From assembly GCA_031763465.1 (NCBI GenBank), contig JARFOE010000001.1:4397986-4434382 (forward strand): a stretch of 36,397 nt of DNA, written 5' to 3'. The notes under the pieces are model-generated. The model worked only from the letters and a program-made list of their open reading frames with translations, ran no database searches and was not told the origin of the DNA. This document shows positions 35,466-36,397 of this stretch, one piece after another. The DNA is from Squatina squatina. Lineage: Eukaryota. Made by a program: the position numbers and the translations under genes. The stretch's first letter is position 1; each line of letters opens with the position of its first letter.

Positions 35466-36397
35466 TTTATTTTTACCCAAAAGCCAGGGTTTCAAAGCCC
35501 AATTATGCAATAAGGCTGTGGCAGGAAGTCCCTTTTCTTGATTATGCTATGAGTCATAATAGCACAACATGTACTACTTTAAATTACAGGAAAATTAGTG
35601 CAGCATACCAACATTCAGAATATCATTGCTCTTTCTTAGAAAAATTAGTCCTATTAGCTGGGACAGCACCATTTCAGAGCAGTATCCAAAGTTTTAATAA
35701 TCCAGCTCTTTCTTATTTAGCTACCAGGTTATTATCGCTGTTGTTATCACATTATATCACAAGATCACTTACTGATACAAATTGCAAACTTCCTTCATCT
35801 ACCTAAAACAGAGTTGAGCAAATCTTCCTGCCCATTTTCTGCTGTTCAGCTGTGAGACCTAAACCAATCTTAATATGTGCAAATGTTATAATTCTTTCCA
35901 CAGCAACAAATTCAAGTGTAATCATAGTTGTGTTGAAATGTAATCTAGCACATTGTCTAATCGCATGTACTTCAGAAAGTCTTTTTTGCTTTGTGTTTAC
36001 TTTGTATTTTTTATCTTGCCAACAGGGCACTATGTTAAAAGAGCCTCGTGGCTAAATACACTGCTCTGTATAAATATTTAAATAAAGGACTGAATTAAAT
36101 GAGTTGCTGACAGTCTCAAGGCATTTTCCATTGGACATGAGTCCAGAATGCAAAGCTTCCTTCAAATCTGGAAACAGCTCAGTAGAGTTGGCTCTGAAAC
36201 ACTCAGACATGCCAAGCTGTTGCAGCAAGGGCATCATACACTAGACTTATAATTAAATCAGCTGACAGGAAGAGAGGATGTCACTGATCAAAACACATTG
36301 GCTATTTAATAAATGAATAAAGCACTGCCAAAGCAAACTTTGTGATTTACAGATCCTTTTACATGCTGCTGCATATCCACAGTTCTATATCATAATC

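Overview
Vertebrate genomic DNA, most likely a shark/elasmobranch judging from the repeat families. It comes from a fragmented scaffold with 24 N-gaps, 20 of them 100-N placeholders. No host protein-coding gene, structural RNA gene or CRISPR array can be recognised; the window reads as intronic/intergenic sequence dominated by transposable elements. Retroelements: three tRNA-headed DeuSINE (SacSINE1-like) copies, several CR1 LINE fragments (including a 1.3-kb piece with ORF1 esterase and ORF2 endonuclease), two 3' ends of a second LINE family, a decayed RTE-clade RT, and two Penelope-type short repeats, one with a degenerate hammerhead-ribozyme core. The most notable system is the two-component PIF/Harbinger transposon family. 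(i) An element at 11871-12669 has >=145-bp imperfect TIRs and an uninterrupted Myb/SANT-like DNA-binding ORF. (ii) A HARBI1-like DDE transposase relic at 29315-29650, missed as such by the ORF track, is cut by an RTE insertion and probably lies in a nested Harbinger>CR1+RTE structure (~26603-31066). (iii) About ten non-autonomous ends share a GGG(G)NN(N)AATT terminus and TAGCGCC-type subterminal motifs. A 24-bp minisatellite near one terminus carries fused CAG|GTAAGT splice-like signals. All family calls are from motif recognition by eye; no searches were run.
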